Below are positions 8,676 to 17,702 of a DNA stretch of 64,000 bases, one piece after another. The first letter of the stretch is position 1, and every line of letters starts with the position of its first letter. Source of the DNA: Frankiales bacterium (GTDB taxonomy: Bacteria > Actinomycetota > Actinomycetes > Mycobacteriales > SCTD01); the NCBI GenBank assembly GCA_025465145.1, contig JAODNS010000136.1, forward strand, positions 1,069-65,068, given 5' to 3'. The notes under the pieces were generated by a model. It searched no databases. It was not told the origin of the DNA and saw only the letters and a program-made list of their open reading frames with translations. A program made the position numbers and the translations under genes.

Positions 8676-8751
8676 CGGACGCTACACCGCCTGACTCGAC
8701 GTTCGTCAAGTAATTGCTCGATGTTCGTCGAAGACATGGCAGGATGGCGAC

Positions 8752-9108
8752 ATGCCCAAGGCCCTGCCCGTGCTCGACACGACTGCTCCCGTCTGCTGCT
8801 CCCCGATGGCCGCTGGTCCGGTTGATGAAGGCGCCGCCCTGGAGATCGCGCTGCGTCTGAAAGCGCTTGCGGATCCGGTACGCGTGCGGCTGATGTCGCT
8901 CATCCTGGCGGAGGCAGAGCTCGGCGTCTGCACCTGCGACCTCGCGCCGGCGGTCGGCGTCACGGAGGCGACCGTGTCGCACCACCTGAAGCAGCTGCGC
9001 GATGCCGGCCTGGTCGAGGGAACGCGCAAGGGCACCAACGTGTACTACCGGCCCAACGCGGACGGGCTGGTCGCGCTGTGCCGGGTCATCGACCCGGACT
9101 GCTGCTGA
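8752..9108 (+). CDS. ArsR/SmtB-family metalloregulator
   Basis: ORF 8752..9108(+). LRLKALADPVRVRLMSLI, metal site GVCTCDL, HTH TEATVSHHLKQLRDAGLV. Extra Cys pairs at the N-terminus (VCC) and C-terminus (DCC). Confidence 0.9.
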   Translation: MPKALPVLDTTAPVCCSPMAAGPVDEGAALEIALRLKALADPVRVRLMSLILAEAELGVCTCDLAPAVGVTEATVSHHLKQLRDAGLVEGTRKGTNVYYRPNADGLVALCRVIDPDCC

Positions 9109-9824
9109 TGTCGCTGGGCCGCAAGGCGTTCGCGGAGCTGCTCGGCAGCGCACTGCTCGCCGCGACAGTCGTCGGTTCGGGCATCGCCGCGCAGACGCTG
9201 TCACCGGACGACCCCGGCCTGCAGCTGCTCGAGAACAGCCTGGTCACCGGGTGCGGCCTGGTCGCGCTGATCCTCGCGCTCGGCCCCGTCTCGGCCGCGT
9301 TCAACCCGGCGGTCACCCTGGCGGAGCGGGCGCTCGGCGCGATCACGACGACCGCGGCGGCAGTGCTCATCGCCGCGCAGGTGTTCGGCTGCTGCGCCGG
9401 CGTCGTCGTCGCCAACGTGATGTTCGCGCTGCCTGCCGTCGACGTCAGCCGGCACGACCGCTCGTCCGGCGGGCTCTGGCTCGGCGAGGCCGTGGCCACC
9501 TTCGGCCTGCTGGTCGTCATCTTCGGCGTCGTCCGCGCCGGACGGCAGGGGGCGGTCGCCTTCGCCGTCGGCGGCTACATCACGGCCGCCTACTGGTTCA
9601 CCAGCAGCACGTCCTTCGCCAACCCCGCCATCACCATCGGCCGCACCCTGTCCGACACCTTCGCGGGCATCGCCCCCTCGTCGGTGCCGATGTTCGTGCT
9701 CATGCAGCTCCTGGGCGCAGCACTGGGCGTGGGTGCGGTTCTGGCGCTCTACCCCGACGCCCGCGAGGTCGCGGAGGACGTCACGCACCTCGAGGCCGTC
9801 TCCCGTCAGGAGCCCGGCCCGTGA
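9108..9824 (+). CDS. MIP/aquaporin-family channel (AqpS/GlpF-like, probable arsenite/metalloid channel)
   Basis: ORF 9078..9824(+), trimmed to the ATG that overlaps the arsR stop (TGATG). Two NPA boxes (FNPAVT, ANPAIT) and six hydrophobic segments. Confidence 0.85.
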   Translation: MSLGRKAFAELLGSALLAATVVGSGIAAQTLSPDDPGLQLLENSLVTGCGLVALILALGPVSAAFNPAVTLAERALGAITTTAAAVLIAAQVFGCCAGVVVANVMFALPAVDVSRHDRSSGGLWLGEAVATFGLLVVIFGVVRAGRQGAVAFAVGGYITAAYWFTSSTSFANPAITIGRTLSDTFAGIAPSSVPMFVLMQLLGAALGVGAVLALYPDAREVAEDVTHLEAVSRQEPGP

Positions 9825-9875
9825 CCCACCAACGGCGGACTCAGCGTCGCGGCGACGTTGCTCCTGCCCGCCGCC

Positions 9876-10079
9876 TCAGCTGACGCTGAGCGCCCGCAGC
9901 CGCTCCCTGGCGACCCGCTGCGCCAGGACCGGCACGAACGTGCGGACGGGCGCGCCGGCGAACTCCGCCACCAGTCCACGCAGCTGCTCGCTCACGACCT
10001 GCTCGGTAAGCGCGGACGCGAACTCGCGGACGAGCTCCTCCTCCACGCGGGCGAGCTGGCGGTCCTCGTCCTGCTGCAT
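9876..10079 (-). CDS. small three-helix-bundle protein (resembles the N-terminal dimerisation domain of actinobacterial ArsC/LMW-phosphatase proteins)
   Basis: ORF 9876..10166(-), trimmed to ATG 10077-10079. Sequence MQQDEDRQLARVEEELVREFASALTEQVVSEQLRGLVAEFAGAPVRTFVPVLAQRVARERL. The family call is from memory only. Confidence 0.5.
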   Translation of the reverse strand: MQQDEDRQLARVEEELVREFASALTEQVVSEQLRGLVAEFAGAPVRTFVPVLAQRVARERLRALSVS

Positions 10080-10180
10080 GCGTTCTCCCTCAGGGATGCG
10101 GCGGAGCAGCCGCAGTCTGCGCAGGCGAGAGCGCGGGTGGCAACAGCGGCGCGCCCGGGTCCACAACGCGTTCGAAGGAC

Positions 10181-10960
10181 TCAGCCGAAACGGCCGGTGA
10201 TGTAGTCCTCTGTCCGCTTCTCGCTGGGGTTGCTGAAGATCTTCGGCGTCTCGTCGATCTCCACCAGCCGGCCGGGAGTGCCCGGTCCATCGATGGTGAA
10301 GAAGCCGGTGCGGTCAGAGACCCGGGCCGCCTGCTGCATGTTGTGCGTCACGATGATGATCGTGTAGCGGTCCTTCAGCTCGGTCATCAGGTCCTCGATG
10401 GCGAGCGTCGAGATCGGGTCCAGCGCAGAGCACGGCTCGTCCATGAGGAGCACCTGCGGCTCCACGGCGACCGCTCGCGCGATGCACAGCCGTTGCTGCT
10501 GCCCTCCCGACAGTCCCGCGCCGGGCTTGCCCAGGCGGTCCTTCACCTCGTTCCACAGGTTCGCCGACCGCAGCGACTGCTCGGCGGCGTCGTCCAGGTC
10601 CCCTTTCTTCTTGACGCCGTTGAGTCGCAGCCCTGCGACCACGTTGTCGTAGATCGACATGGTCGGGAACGGGTTCGGTCGCTGGAAGACCATGCCGATC
10701 GCGCGCCGTACCCCGACCGGGTCCACGCCCGGCCCGTACACGTCCTCGTCGTCGAGCAGCAGCTGCCCGGTGACGCGCGCGCCCGGCAGCACCTCGTGCA
10801 TCCGGTTGATGGTGCGCAGGAAGGTCGACTTCCCGCAGCCGGACGGGCCGATGAGGGCGGTGATGCTCTTCGGCTCGATCGTCAGCGTCACACCCTCGAT
10901 GGCCCGGAAGCCGCCGTAGTAGGCGTCCAGGTCCACAGCCTCGATGCGCTTGGCCATCAA
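10181..10960 (-). CDS. pstB: phosphate ABC transporter ATP-binding protein
   Basis: Walker [10 protein letters not shown], signature LSGGQQQRL, Walker B LLMDEP. Typical PstB N-terminus and C-terminus ([10 protein letters not shown]). 4-nt overlap with pstA. Confidence 0.95.
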   Translation of the reverse strand: MMAKRIEAVDLDAYYGGFRAIEGVTLTIEPKSITALIGPSGCGKSTFLRTINRMHEVLPGARVTGQLLLDDEDVYGPGVDPVGVRRAIGMVFQRPNPFPTMSIYDNVVAGLRLNGVKKKGDLDDAAEQSLRSANLWNEVKDRLGKPGAGLSGGQQQRLCIARAVAVEPQVLLMDEPCSALDPISTLAIEDLMTELKDRYTIIIVTHNMQQAARVSDRTGFFTIDGPGTPGRLVEIDETPKIFSNPSEKRTEDYITGRFG

Positions 10961-12003
10961 CGGGATCCTTGTCGTCCGATGCGGCTGCGTCGGGTGAGCA
11001 GCCGGGCGAGCAGGTTCAGGACCATGACGACCAGGATGAGCGTCAGGGCGGCGGTCCAGGCCCGGTTGACGGCGGTCTCCTGCGCGTCGCCCGCCTGCTG
11101 GAAGACCATCAGCGGGAGGGACGACTGCGGACCCGAGAACGGGCTGTTGTTGATGGAGGCGGCGCCGAAGGCGGTCAGCAGTACGGGAGCGGTCTCGCCG
11201 GTGACCCGCGCGACCGCCAGCATGATGCCGGTGACGATCCCGGGCAGTGCGGTCGGGAGCACGATCCGCAGGATCGTCTTCCAGCGCGGGATCCCGAGCG
11301 CGAAGCTGGCCTCGCGCAGCGAGTCCGGCACCAGCTTCAGCATCTCCTCCGACGACCGCACGATGATGGGGAGCATCAGGACGGACAGCGCCAGCCCCGC
11401 GGCGAAACCGCTGAACCCCTGCCGCAGCCCGAGGATCCAGAACGACAGGACGAAAAGCCCGGCGACGATGGACGGGATGCCGGTCATGACGTCGACGAAG
11501 AAGCGGATCGTCGCGGCGAGCCGGCCGCGGCCGTACTCCACGATGTACACGGCGACCAGCAGGCCGATCGGCACGGACATCAGCGTGGTGATGGCCACCT
11601 GCTCGACGGTGCCGATGATCGCGTGGTACCCGCCGCCGCCGGCGTCGCGAGCGCCGATGCTGCGCAGGGACCTGGTGAAGAACTCGACGTCGAAGCGGGC
11701 AGCGCCCTCCTGCACCGTGTAGCCCAGGACCGAGAACAGCGGCACGAGCGCGAGCAGGAAGGCCAGGCTGACCAGAGCCGTGACGAACCGGTCCTTCGCG
11801 CGCCGCGATCCCTCGATCCGACGTGCGAGTGCCGTCTGCGCCGCCAGGAAGATCGTGGCGGCCACCAGCACCAGGCCCGGCACGCCCGCGAGCGGTGTCA
11901 GGGCGAACAGCAGCACCGTGACCAGCAGCGCGCAGGCAGCGACGGCAGCGACGGCCAGCAGCGGCAGCGTTCCGCGGCGGAGCGTGGGGGCGGCCGTGGT
12001 CAC
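10957..12003 (-). CDS. pstA: phosphate ABC transporter permease
   Basis: ORF 10957..12003(-). Multi-TM protein with EAA-type loop [25 protein letters not shown] overlap with pstC. Confidence 0.9.
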   Translation of the reverse strand: MTTAAPTLRRGTLPLLAVAAVAACALLVTVLLFALTPLAGVPGLVLVAATIFLAAQTALARRIEGSRRAKDRFVTALVSLAFLLALVPLFSVLGYTVQEGAARFDVEFFTRSLRSIGARDAGGGGYHAIIGTVEQVAITTLMSVPIGLLVAVYIVEYGRGRLAATIRFFVDVMTGIPSIVAGLFVLSFWILGLRQGFSGFAAGLALSVLMLPIIVRSSEEMLKLVPDSLREASFALGIPRWKTILRIVLPTALPGIVTGIMLAVARVTGETAPVLLTAFGAASINNSPFSGPQSSLPLMVFQQAGDAQETAVNRAWTAALTLILVVMVLNLLARLLTRRSRIGRQGSR

Positions 12004-13061
12004 GCCGAACCGCCCGCGAAGTCGCGCCGCCGGTAGATGACGGCGCGCGCGATGACGTTGACGACCAGGGTGATGGCGAACAGGACGAGCCCCGAGGCGA
12101 TCAGGGCGCCACGCCCGGTCGCGGTTGCCTCACCGAACTGCAGCGCGATGTTGGCAGCGATCGTGTTGCCCTTGCCGGGCTCGAGGACGTGGAAGCTGAC
12201 GAGGAAGGCGGGCGACAGCACGAGTGCGACCGCGATCGTCTCGCCCAGAGCTCGGCCGAGACCCAGCATGGTGGCTCCGATGACGCCTGGCTTGCCGAAG
12301 GGGAGCACCGCCATGCGGATCATCTCCCAGCGCGTGGCGCCCAGTGCCAGCGCCGCCTCCTGGTTCGCCGCGGGCACCTGCAGGAAGACCTCGCGGGACA
12401 GCGACGCGATGATCGGCAGGATCATGATGGCGAGCACGACGCTGGCGAGCAGGATCGACCGGCCGTAGATCCCGTCCGCACGGAACAGCGGCACGAACCC
12501 CAGGTGGTCGTGCAGGAACGCCGACAAGCCCTTGATCCGGTCGTTGAGGAAGAAGATCCCCCACAGCCCGTAGACGACGCTGGGCACCGCGGCGAGCAGG
12601 TCCACGACGTAGCCGAGCGGTCCGGCGAAGCGGCGTGGCGCGTAGTGCGAGATGAACAGCGCGACGCCCATCGCCACGGGGAAGGCCATGGCCAGCGCCA
12701 GCACCGACGAGAGCACCGTGCCGAACGCCAGCGCGACGATGCCGAAGGCGGGCGGGGTGGCGTTCGGGTCCCAGCCGACATCGGTGAGGAAGCTGCCGGT
12801 GTTGTCGCGCAGGGCCGGCAGCGCGCGGTAGACGAGGAAGACACCGATCGCGACGATCACGCCGAGCAGCAGGAGGCCGGCGCCGAGCGACAGGCTCCGG
12901 AAGACGCGGTCGCCGCGTCGCTGGCCGGACGCGCTGGCGGTCCGGGGCAGGTCGCCAGCGGAGGACCCCGGCAGCAGGGGCGCGCCGCCGCCACCGTAGG
13001 CAGCGCTGGCGGTGTCAGCACCAGCGGCCGCGTCGGCGCGAGGAGCCGTCAGGTCAGGCAT
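12000..13061 (-). CDS. pstC: phosphate ABC transporter permease
   Basis: ORF 12000..13073(-). Loop [27 protein letters not shown]. Start set to ATG 13061, downstream of AGGAGG. Confidence 0.9.
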   Translation of the reverse strand: MPDLTAPRADAAAGADTASAAYGGGGAPLLPGSSAGDLPRTASASGQRRGDRVFRSLSLGAGLLLLGVIVAIGVFLVYRALPALRDNTGSFLTDVGWDPNATPPAFGIVALAFGTVLSSVLALAMAFPVAMGVALFISHYAPRRFAGPLGYVVDLLAAVPSVVYGLWGIFFLNDRIKGLSAFLHDHLGFVPLFRADGIYGRSILLASVVLAIMILPIIASLSREVFLQVPAANQEAALALGATRWEMIRMAVLPFGKPGVIGATMLGLGRALGETIAVALVLSPAFLVSFHVLEPGKGNTIAANIALQFGEATATGRGALIASGLVLFAITLVVNVIARAVIYRRRDFAGGSA

Positions 13062-13147
13062 GAGCTCTCCCACCTCCTCGGGACCGAGCGTACGAAGTCC
13101 CGCCGCTCGGCGAGAGCGGCGGGACCTCCGTCACCAGCTGTGCGGGA

Positions 13148-14260
13148 TCAGGCGAGGGCGCTGACGGCAGCAGCGACCTTGCTGCGGATGCTCTCCGGCA
13201 GCGGTGCGTAGCCGAGGCCGGCCAGGACCTGCTGCCCGTCGCCGGCGGTGTAGCCGAGGAACCCCTTGACCAGGCCGAGCTTGTCGGCGGGCGTACCCGT
13301 CTCGCAGACGATCTCGTACGTCACCAGGATCAGCGGGTACGCGCCCTCGGCCTTGGTCGCGTAGTCGAGCTTCAGCGTCAGATCGCTGCCGCCGCTGCTC
13401 TCCACGGTCGCCGCCTCGACCGCCTTGGCCGCGCTGTCCGTGGTCAGCTCCACCGGGGCAGCCGCGCCAGTGGCGAGCTTCGCGACCCCGAGCTTGGCGT
13501 TCTCCGCGAAGGAGAGCTCGGCGTAGGTGACAGCGCCGGCGGTGGAGGTGACGGCCTGCGTCACCCCGTCGGAGCCCTTGGCGCTCTGGCCCCCGGGGGC
13601 GTTGAACTTCTTGCCCTTGCCGTAGGTCCAGTCGGCCGGGGCCGCGGCCGTCAGGTACTTCTGGAAGTTGTCCGTCGTCCCCGACTCGTCGGAGCGGTGG
13701 AACGCCTGGACCTTCGTGGACGGCAGCTTCGCGTCGGCGTTCAGCGCTGCGATGGCCTTGTCGTCCCAACTGATGATCTTGCCGGCGAACATCTTCGCGA
13801 TCGTGGGAGCGTCCAGCACCAGGTCCTCGACGCCGGGCAGGTTGTACGCCACGGCGATGGGGCCGACCACCATCGGCAGGTCGATGGCCTTGCCCGTCTT
13901 GCAGCGGGCGTCCGCCTGCGGGTGCTCCTCGGGCTTGAGCGCCGAGTCCGAGCCGGCGAAGTCGACCGTGCCGGCGATGAACTGCTGGACGCCGGCGCCG
14001 GAGCCGACGGGCTGGTAGTTGACGGTGGCGTCGCTGCAGGTGCTCTGGAAGTTCTTCGTCCACTCGTCCATGGCGTTCTTCTGGGCGCTGGAACCGGCGG
14101 CGGTGAGGCTGCCGGAGGCGCAGCTGCTGCTCGCGGAGGTGCCGGCGGACGCACCACCAGCGCTCGATGCGCCGGTGTTGTCGTCGCTGCCGCACGCGGT
14201 CAGCGTGAGGGACGACGCAAGGGCGAGACCGGCGATGACGCCGGACCGGTTGACCTTCAC
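13148..14260 (-). CDS. pstS: phosphate-binding lipoprotein
   Basis: ORF 13148..14260(-). Signal peptide with lipobox LTLTACG. Blocks GSSAQKNAM, YQPVGSGAG and SDESGTTDNF are typical of PstS. Confidence 0.93.
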   Translation of the reverse strand: MKVNRSGVIAGLALASSLTLTACGSDDNTGASSAGGASAGTSASSSCASGSLTAAGSSAQKNAMDEWTKNFQSTCSDATVNYQPVGSGAGVQQFIAGTVDFAGSDSALKPEEHPQADARCKTGKAIDLPMVVGPIAVAYNLPGVEDLVLDAPTIAKMFAGKIISWDDKAIAALNADAKLPSTKVQAFHRSDESGTTDNFQKYLTAAAPADWTYGKGKKFNAPGGQSAKGSDGVTQAVTSTAGAVTYAELSFAENAKLGVAKLATGAAAPVELTTDSAAKAVEAATVESSGGSDLTLKLDYATKAEGAYPLILVTYEIVCETGTPADKLGLVKGFLGYTAGDGQQVLAGLGYAPLPESIRSKVAAAVSALA

Positions 14261-14390
14261 TCGGGAGGCCCTTCTGGTTCGCGACTGCTGGCGCCGGAGG
14301 CGGTCTCGTCAGGGACGCCGGCCCAGCAGCCTCATGAGGTTGAGGCTGACGTCAGCGACGCTAGGGAGCAGACGTGGCTGGTCGGCGCAC

Positions 14391-14412
14391 ACCCGGTGAA
14401 CGCGGGATGAAC
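14391..14412 (-). promoter_or_regulatory. PHO box: two 11-nt direct repeat units GTTCATCCCGC GTTCACCGGGT upstream of pstS
   Basis: Minus-strand reading of 14391-14412. Matches the actinobacterial PhoP direct-repeat core GTTCACC with 11-nt periodicity. About 130 nt upstream of the pstS start. Confidence 0.55.
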
Positions 14413-14452
14413 GGCCCATGAGCAGTACCGCGGAGTCGGTCAGCGCCGACGC

Positions 14453-15097
14453 TCAGACCTCTGCGTGCTCGCCCGTCACCATGTACGTGACCCGGTGCCC
14501 CACCGCCACGGCGTGGTCGGCGAGCCGCTCGTAGTAGCGACCCGCGAGGGTGGCGTCGATGGCGGCCTCGATGTCCTGACCTCCGTCCTGCAGCACCAGG
14601 GTGAACAGCCGCTTCTGCAGCGCGTCCATCGCGTCGTCGTCCACCTCCAGCTCGGCTGCCAGCTCGAGGTCGCGGGTGGCGATGACGGTGCCGGTCTTGT
14701 CGAGAATCTGCTGGGCGGTCTGCCCCATCTCCAGGACCGTGCCGCGCAGCGCGTCCGGCACAGCTGACGCCGGATGCCGCCGGCGGGCGATCTTCGCGAG
14801 GTGGACGACGTAGTCGCCGGCCCGCTCCAGGTCCACGACGATGCGCAGGCTGGTGACGAGCACCCGCAGGTCTCCGGCCACCGGCTGCTGCCGCGCGAGC
14901 AGGTCGAAGGCCTGGGTCTCCACGCCGCGGTACAGGGCGTTGATGGCGTCGTCGCCCTCGATGACCTGCTCGGCGAGAGCGAGGTCGGCGCGGGTGAGAG
15001 CAGCCGTGGCCTGGGTGACCCCGCGTGCCACCAGCTGACTCATCTGGAACAGGTCCTGGACGATGGCGTCGAGCTGGTCGTGGTACGTGTCGCGCAT
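14453..15097 (-). CDS. phoU: phosphate signalling complex protein PhoU
   Basis: ORF 14453..15319(-), trimmed to ATG 15095-15097 (MRDTYHDQLD...). Duplicated PhoU repeats with E(R/D)xGD-type motifs (DLERAGDYVVH, YERLADHAV). 2-nt gap after the upstream regulator gene. Confidence 0.9.
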   Translation of the reverse strand: MRDTYHDQLDAIVQDLFQMSQLVARGVTQATAALTRADLALAEQVIEGDDAINALYRGVETQAFDLLARQQPVAGDLRVLVTSLRIVVDLERAGDYVVHLAKIARRRHPASAVPDALRGTVLEMGQTAQQILDKTGTVIATRDLELAAELEVDDDAMDALQKRLFTLVLQDGGQDIEAAIDATLAGRYYERLADHAVAVGHRVTYMVTGEHAEV

Positions 15098-15099
15098 GG

Positions 15100-15879
15100 T
15101 CACCTCTCGTCGGGGAGCGAGCGTACGCGGGCGTGTCCGCCTGGCGCGGCGGCCGCCGCGGCCGGAGTTGTGCCTGACGACGCCAGGCGATAGCCCTGAC
15201 GCCGCACCGTGATGATCAGTGACGCCCCCGGAACGGGGTCGACCTTCGTGCGCAGCCGGCGGACGTAGACGTCCAGCAGCTTGTCGCCCGGCGGCAGCTG
15301 CCGCTCCCACACGGCCCACTGCAGCTGGGCCCTCGTCAGGAGCCTGCCGCCGGCGCGGGCCAGTGCGCTCACCAGGCGGAACTCCAGCGGGCTGAGCGAG
15401 ACCCGACGCCCAGCCAGCTCCACGGCCACCCCCACCGGGTGCAGGACCAGCTGGCCGAGATCGGTCGGTACCTCGAGCAGCTTCGGCTGCGGTCGGTGGC
15501 GGCGACGCAGCACGGCTGCGACCCGCAGCAGCAGCTCGCGCTCGGAGTACGGCCGCGTGATGTAGTCGTCGGCGCCCATCTCCAGCGCCAGCACCTTGTC
15601 GACCTCAGCAGAGCTGCGACTGCAGACGATCAGCGGGATGTCCGACACCGCGCGCAGGAGCCGACAGAGGTCGAGACCCGTCACCGGGCCGACCACCATC
15701 TCCGTGATCACGAGGTCGACTCGTCCCGTCTCGCACAGGCCCAGGCAGGCGAGCGGGTCGACCGTGCAGGTGACGCCGTAGCCGGCGTCCGTGAGCAGCC
15801 GCGCCAGCTGTTCCGAGCCGTTCGGCTCGGTGTCCACGAGGACCACCGCCCCGCGCGGCGCGCCATCAGGTGTCATCAC
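15100..15879 (-). CDS. OmpR/PhoB-family winged-helix response regulator with atypical (Asp-less) receiver; orphan
   Basis: ORF 15100..15879(-). Receiver region: VVLVDTEPN...DLVITEMVVGP...PLIVCSRSS...GADDYITRPYS. Winged helix: LSPLEFRLVSAL...LDVYVRRLRTKV...TVRRQGYRL. Glu occupies the phospho-acceptor Asp position and Arg the conserved Lys position. Confidence 0.85.
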   Translation of the reverse strand: MMTPDGAPRGAVVLVDTEPNGSEQLARLLTDAGYGVTCTVDPLACLGLCETGRVDLVITEMVVGPVTGLDLCRLLRAVSDIPLIVCSRSSAEVDKVLALEMGADDYITRPYSERELLLRVAAVLRRRHRPQPKLLEVPTDLGQLVLHPVGVAVELAGRRVSLSPLEFRLVSALARAGGRLLTRAQLQWAVWERQLPPGDKLLDVYVRRLRTKVDPVPGASLIITVRRQGYRLASSGTTPAAAAAAPGGHARVRSLPDER

Positions 15880-15935
15880 ACGTCCCGCCGACGGAGCGAC
15901 GCCACGGGAGACATCAGATCAACATCAGGCTCGCA

Positions 15936-15957
15936 GGTGTACAGCGGGTGTACGCGG
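15936..15957 (-). promoter_or_regulatory. PHO-box-like direct repeat GTACACCCGCT GTACACCTGCG upstream of the atypical regulator gene
   Basis: On the plus strand, GGTGTAC occurs at 15936-15942 and again at 15947-15953 (11-nt period), 57-78 nt upstream of the start at 15879. Confidence 0.35.
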
Positions 15958-16190
15958 ACCGGCGTCAGAGCGAACATCCGCGTACCGGTCGGGTGTCAGT
16001 CGCTGGCAAGCGGTGAGCGGCGGCGCGCACTCAGCCGCGCACGGATCGCCGCGCTGCACCGCGTCGGCGAACGGCTGGCTGACGTGAGGCAAGGGTGTGC
16101 TCGAGTGCGCTTTTCGACGGTGCTCCGCGGTGCCCGATGATCTGCATGGCGCCACCATGGGGCGCGCGGAGGACCCGCGGACGCCGTAGC

Positions 16191-16212
16191 GGTGTACGCC
16201 TGATGAACATGC
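16191..16212 (-). promoter_or_regulatory. PHO-box-like direct repeat (GTTCATCAGGC GTACACC...)
   Basis: On the plus strand, GGTGTAC at 16191-16197 and GATGAAC at 16202-16208 (11-nt period). Lies between the divergent regulator gene and the 16322 gene. Confidence 0.3.
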
Positions 16213-16321
16213 CGCGACACGTGGTGGCCGGTCCGCCCGCCTATCCTGGGACGTCGCGGCGGCGCAGGAGCTCTGGAGGCCCAGCGGTGCACGGAACGGC
16301 GGCAGCAGCACCGCGATCGCG

Positions 16322-17689
16322 GTGCTGCTGCTCGTCCTGGGCCACAGCTGGCTGCTCCGCCGGAGGCGCCGTTCAGCGCTCGTGGCGGTCCCCCTCGCCC
16401 TGGTGCTGCTCGTGGCGGCCGCCGGGATCGGCGAGGCGCGGCAGCCGGCGCGGCCCGAGCGGGCCACTCCGGTCGATGCCGCCGAGTTCACCGCGGCCAG
16501 CACGGCCCTGCTCGCACGCCGGGCGGGGGCTGTGCTCACGCGGGACCGGGCGGCTTGGCGCGCCGACCTCGACCCCCACGACCAGCAGTTCCTGGCACGG
16601 CAGGAGAGGGTCTTCGACGCGCTGGTGCAGCTGCGCTTCGACAGCTGGCGGTACGAGCTGCTCGGCCGGAACTACACCGTGCCGGCGCTCGCCTCCCGGT
16701 ACGGCGCCACCCCGTACGTGCTGCCCGGCGTGCTGCTGCACTACGCGCTCAGGGGCTACGACCCCGCACCCGTGGCCCGCGCGCAGATCCTCACGTTGGC
16801 CCGTCGGGACGGGCGCTGGCTGCTGAGCGCCGACAGCGACGTCGACGAGCTGCTGCCGCCGGCCGGGCACGCGGACCCCTGGGACCGGCGCGCCGTCGCG
16901 ATCGGCCAGGGGCGCCACTCCCTGGTCCTGGCCGACGAGCGCGACCGCGATCACCTGGACGACCTCGTGCGCACCGCGGACGAGGCGGTGGAGCGGGTGA
17001 CATGCCTGTGGCCCATGGGCTGGCGCCGCAAGGTGGTCGTCGTGGCCGTCCGCGACCAGCAGCTGCTCGAGACCTACTTCCGCCTGCCTGAGGCGGACTC
17101 CCGTGACGTCGGCGCCATCACCGTCCGCGCCTTCGACGACGTGCCCGGTTGGTCGCAACGGCCGGCACCGGAGCCGGCTCAGCCGCCGAGCCGCGTCATC
17201 GTCAACCCGCGCTTCTTCGACCCCGACAACGCCCAGAACCTGGACCTGCTGACCCACGAGATCGCGCACGTGGCGACGCTGCCGACGGTGGGCGTCGGCA
17301 CGCCGGAGTGGCTCGTCGAGGGCATCGCCGAGTACGCCGCGTACCGCACGTACGACAGCGACGAGCTCGACCCGGTGCAGGTGAGCCGCGAGCTCCGCGC
17401 GGAGGCGGTCGCCGGCAGCGTCGCCCTGAGCACGACCGGCTTCTACTCCGGCGCCGTCAGTGACCACTACACGGCGGGCTGGCTGGCGTGCCGGCTCATC
17501 GAGCAGCGCGTCGGGGAACGCGGGCTGCGCACCTTCTTCGCCCGGTTCCGCAGCACGATGCGGGTGTACGACGCCGTGCCCGCGCAGGAGGCGGCACTGC
17601 AGGCGGTCCTCGGCCTGAGCAGCGCGGAGTTCGAGCAAGCGCTGGCGACGTACACGGTGCAGCACGCCGCGGTCGACGAGCAGGGCTGA
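16322..17689 (+). CDS. membrane-anchored hypothetical protein with HExxH zinc-metallopeptidase motif
   Basis: ORF 16322..17689(+). N-terminal TM segment ALVAVPLALVLLVAAAGI. THEIAHV followed by EWLVEGIAEY (gluzincin-like third ligand). No closer family recognised. Confidence 0.6.
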   Translation: MLLLVLGHSWLLRRRRRSALVAVPLALVLLVAAAGIGEARQPARPERATPVDAAEFTAASTALLARRAGAVLTRDRAAWRADLDPHDQQFLARQERVFDALVQLRFDSWRYELLGRNYTVPALASRYGATPYVLPGVLLHYALRGYDPAPVARAQILTLARRDGRWLLSADSDVDELLPPAGHADPWDRRAVAIGQGRHSLVLADERDRDHLDDLVRTADEAVERVTCLWPMGWRRKVVVVAVRDQQLLETYFRLPEADSRDVGAITVRAFDDVPGWSQRPAPEPAQPPSRVIVNPRFFDPDNAQNLDLLTHEIAHVATLPTVGVGTPEWLVEGIAEYAAYRTYDSDELDPVQVSRELRAEAVAGSVALSTTGFYSGAVSDHYTAGWLACRLIEQRVGERGLRTFFARFRSTMRVYDAVPAQEAALQAVLGLSSAEFEQALATYTVQHAAVDEQG

Positions 17690-17702
17690 CCGAACGTCGG
17701 CG

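Noticed and set aside
14345-14356. Perfect 12-bp palindrome GCTGACGTCAGC between phoU and pstS as a regulator site or terminator
   Set aside because: It is a single short palindrome with no loop, so it is not a terminator, and I can attach it to no known actinobacterial motif. It could occur by chance and is noted only here.
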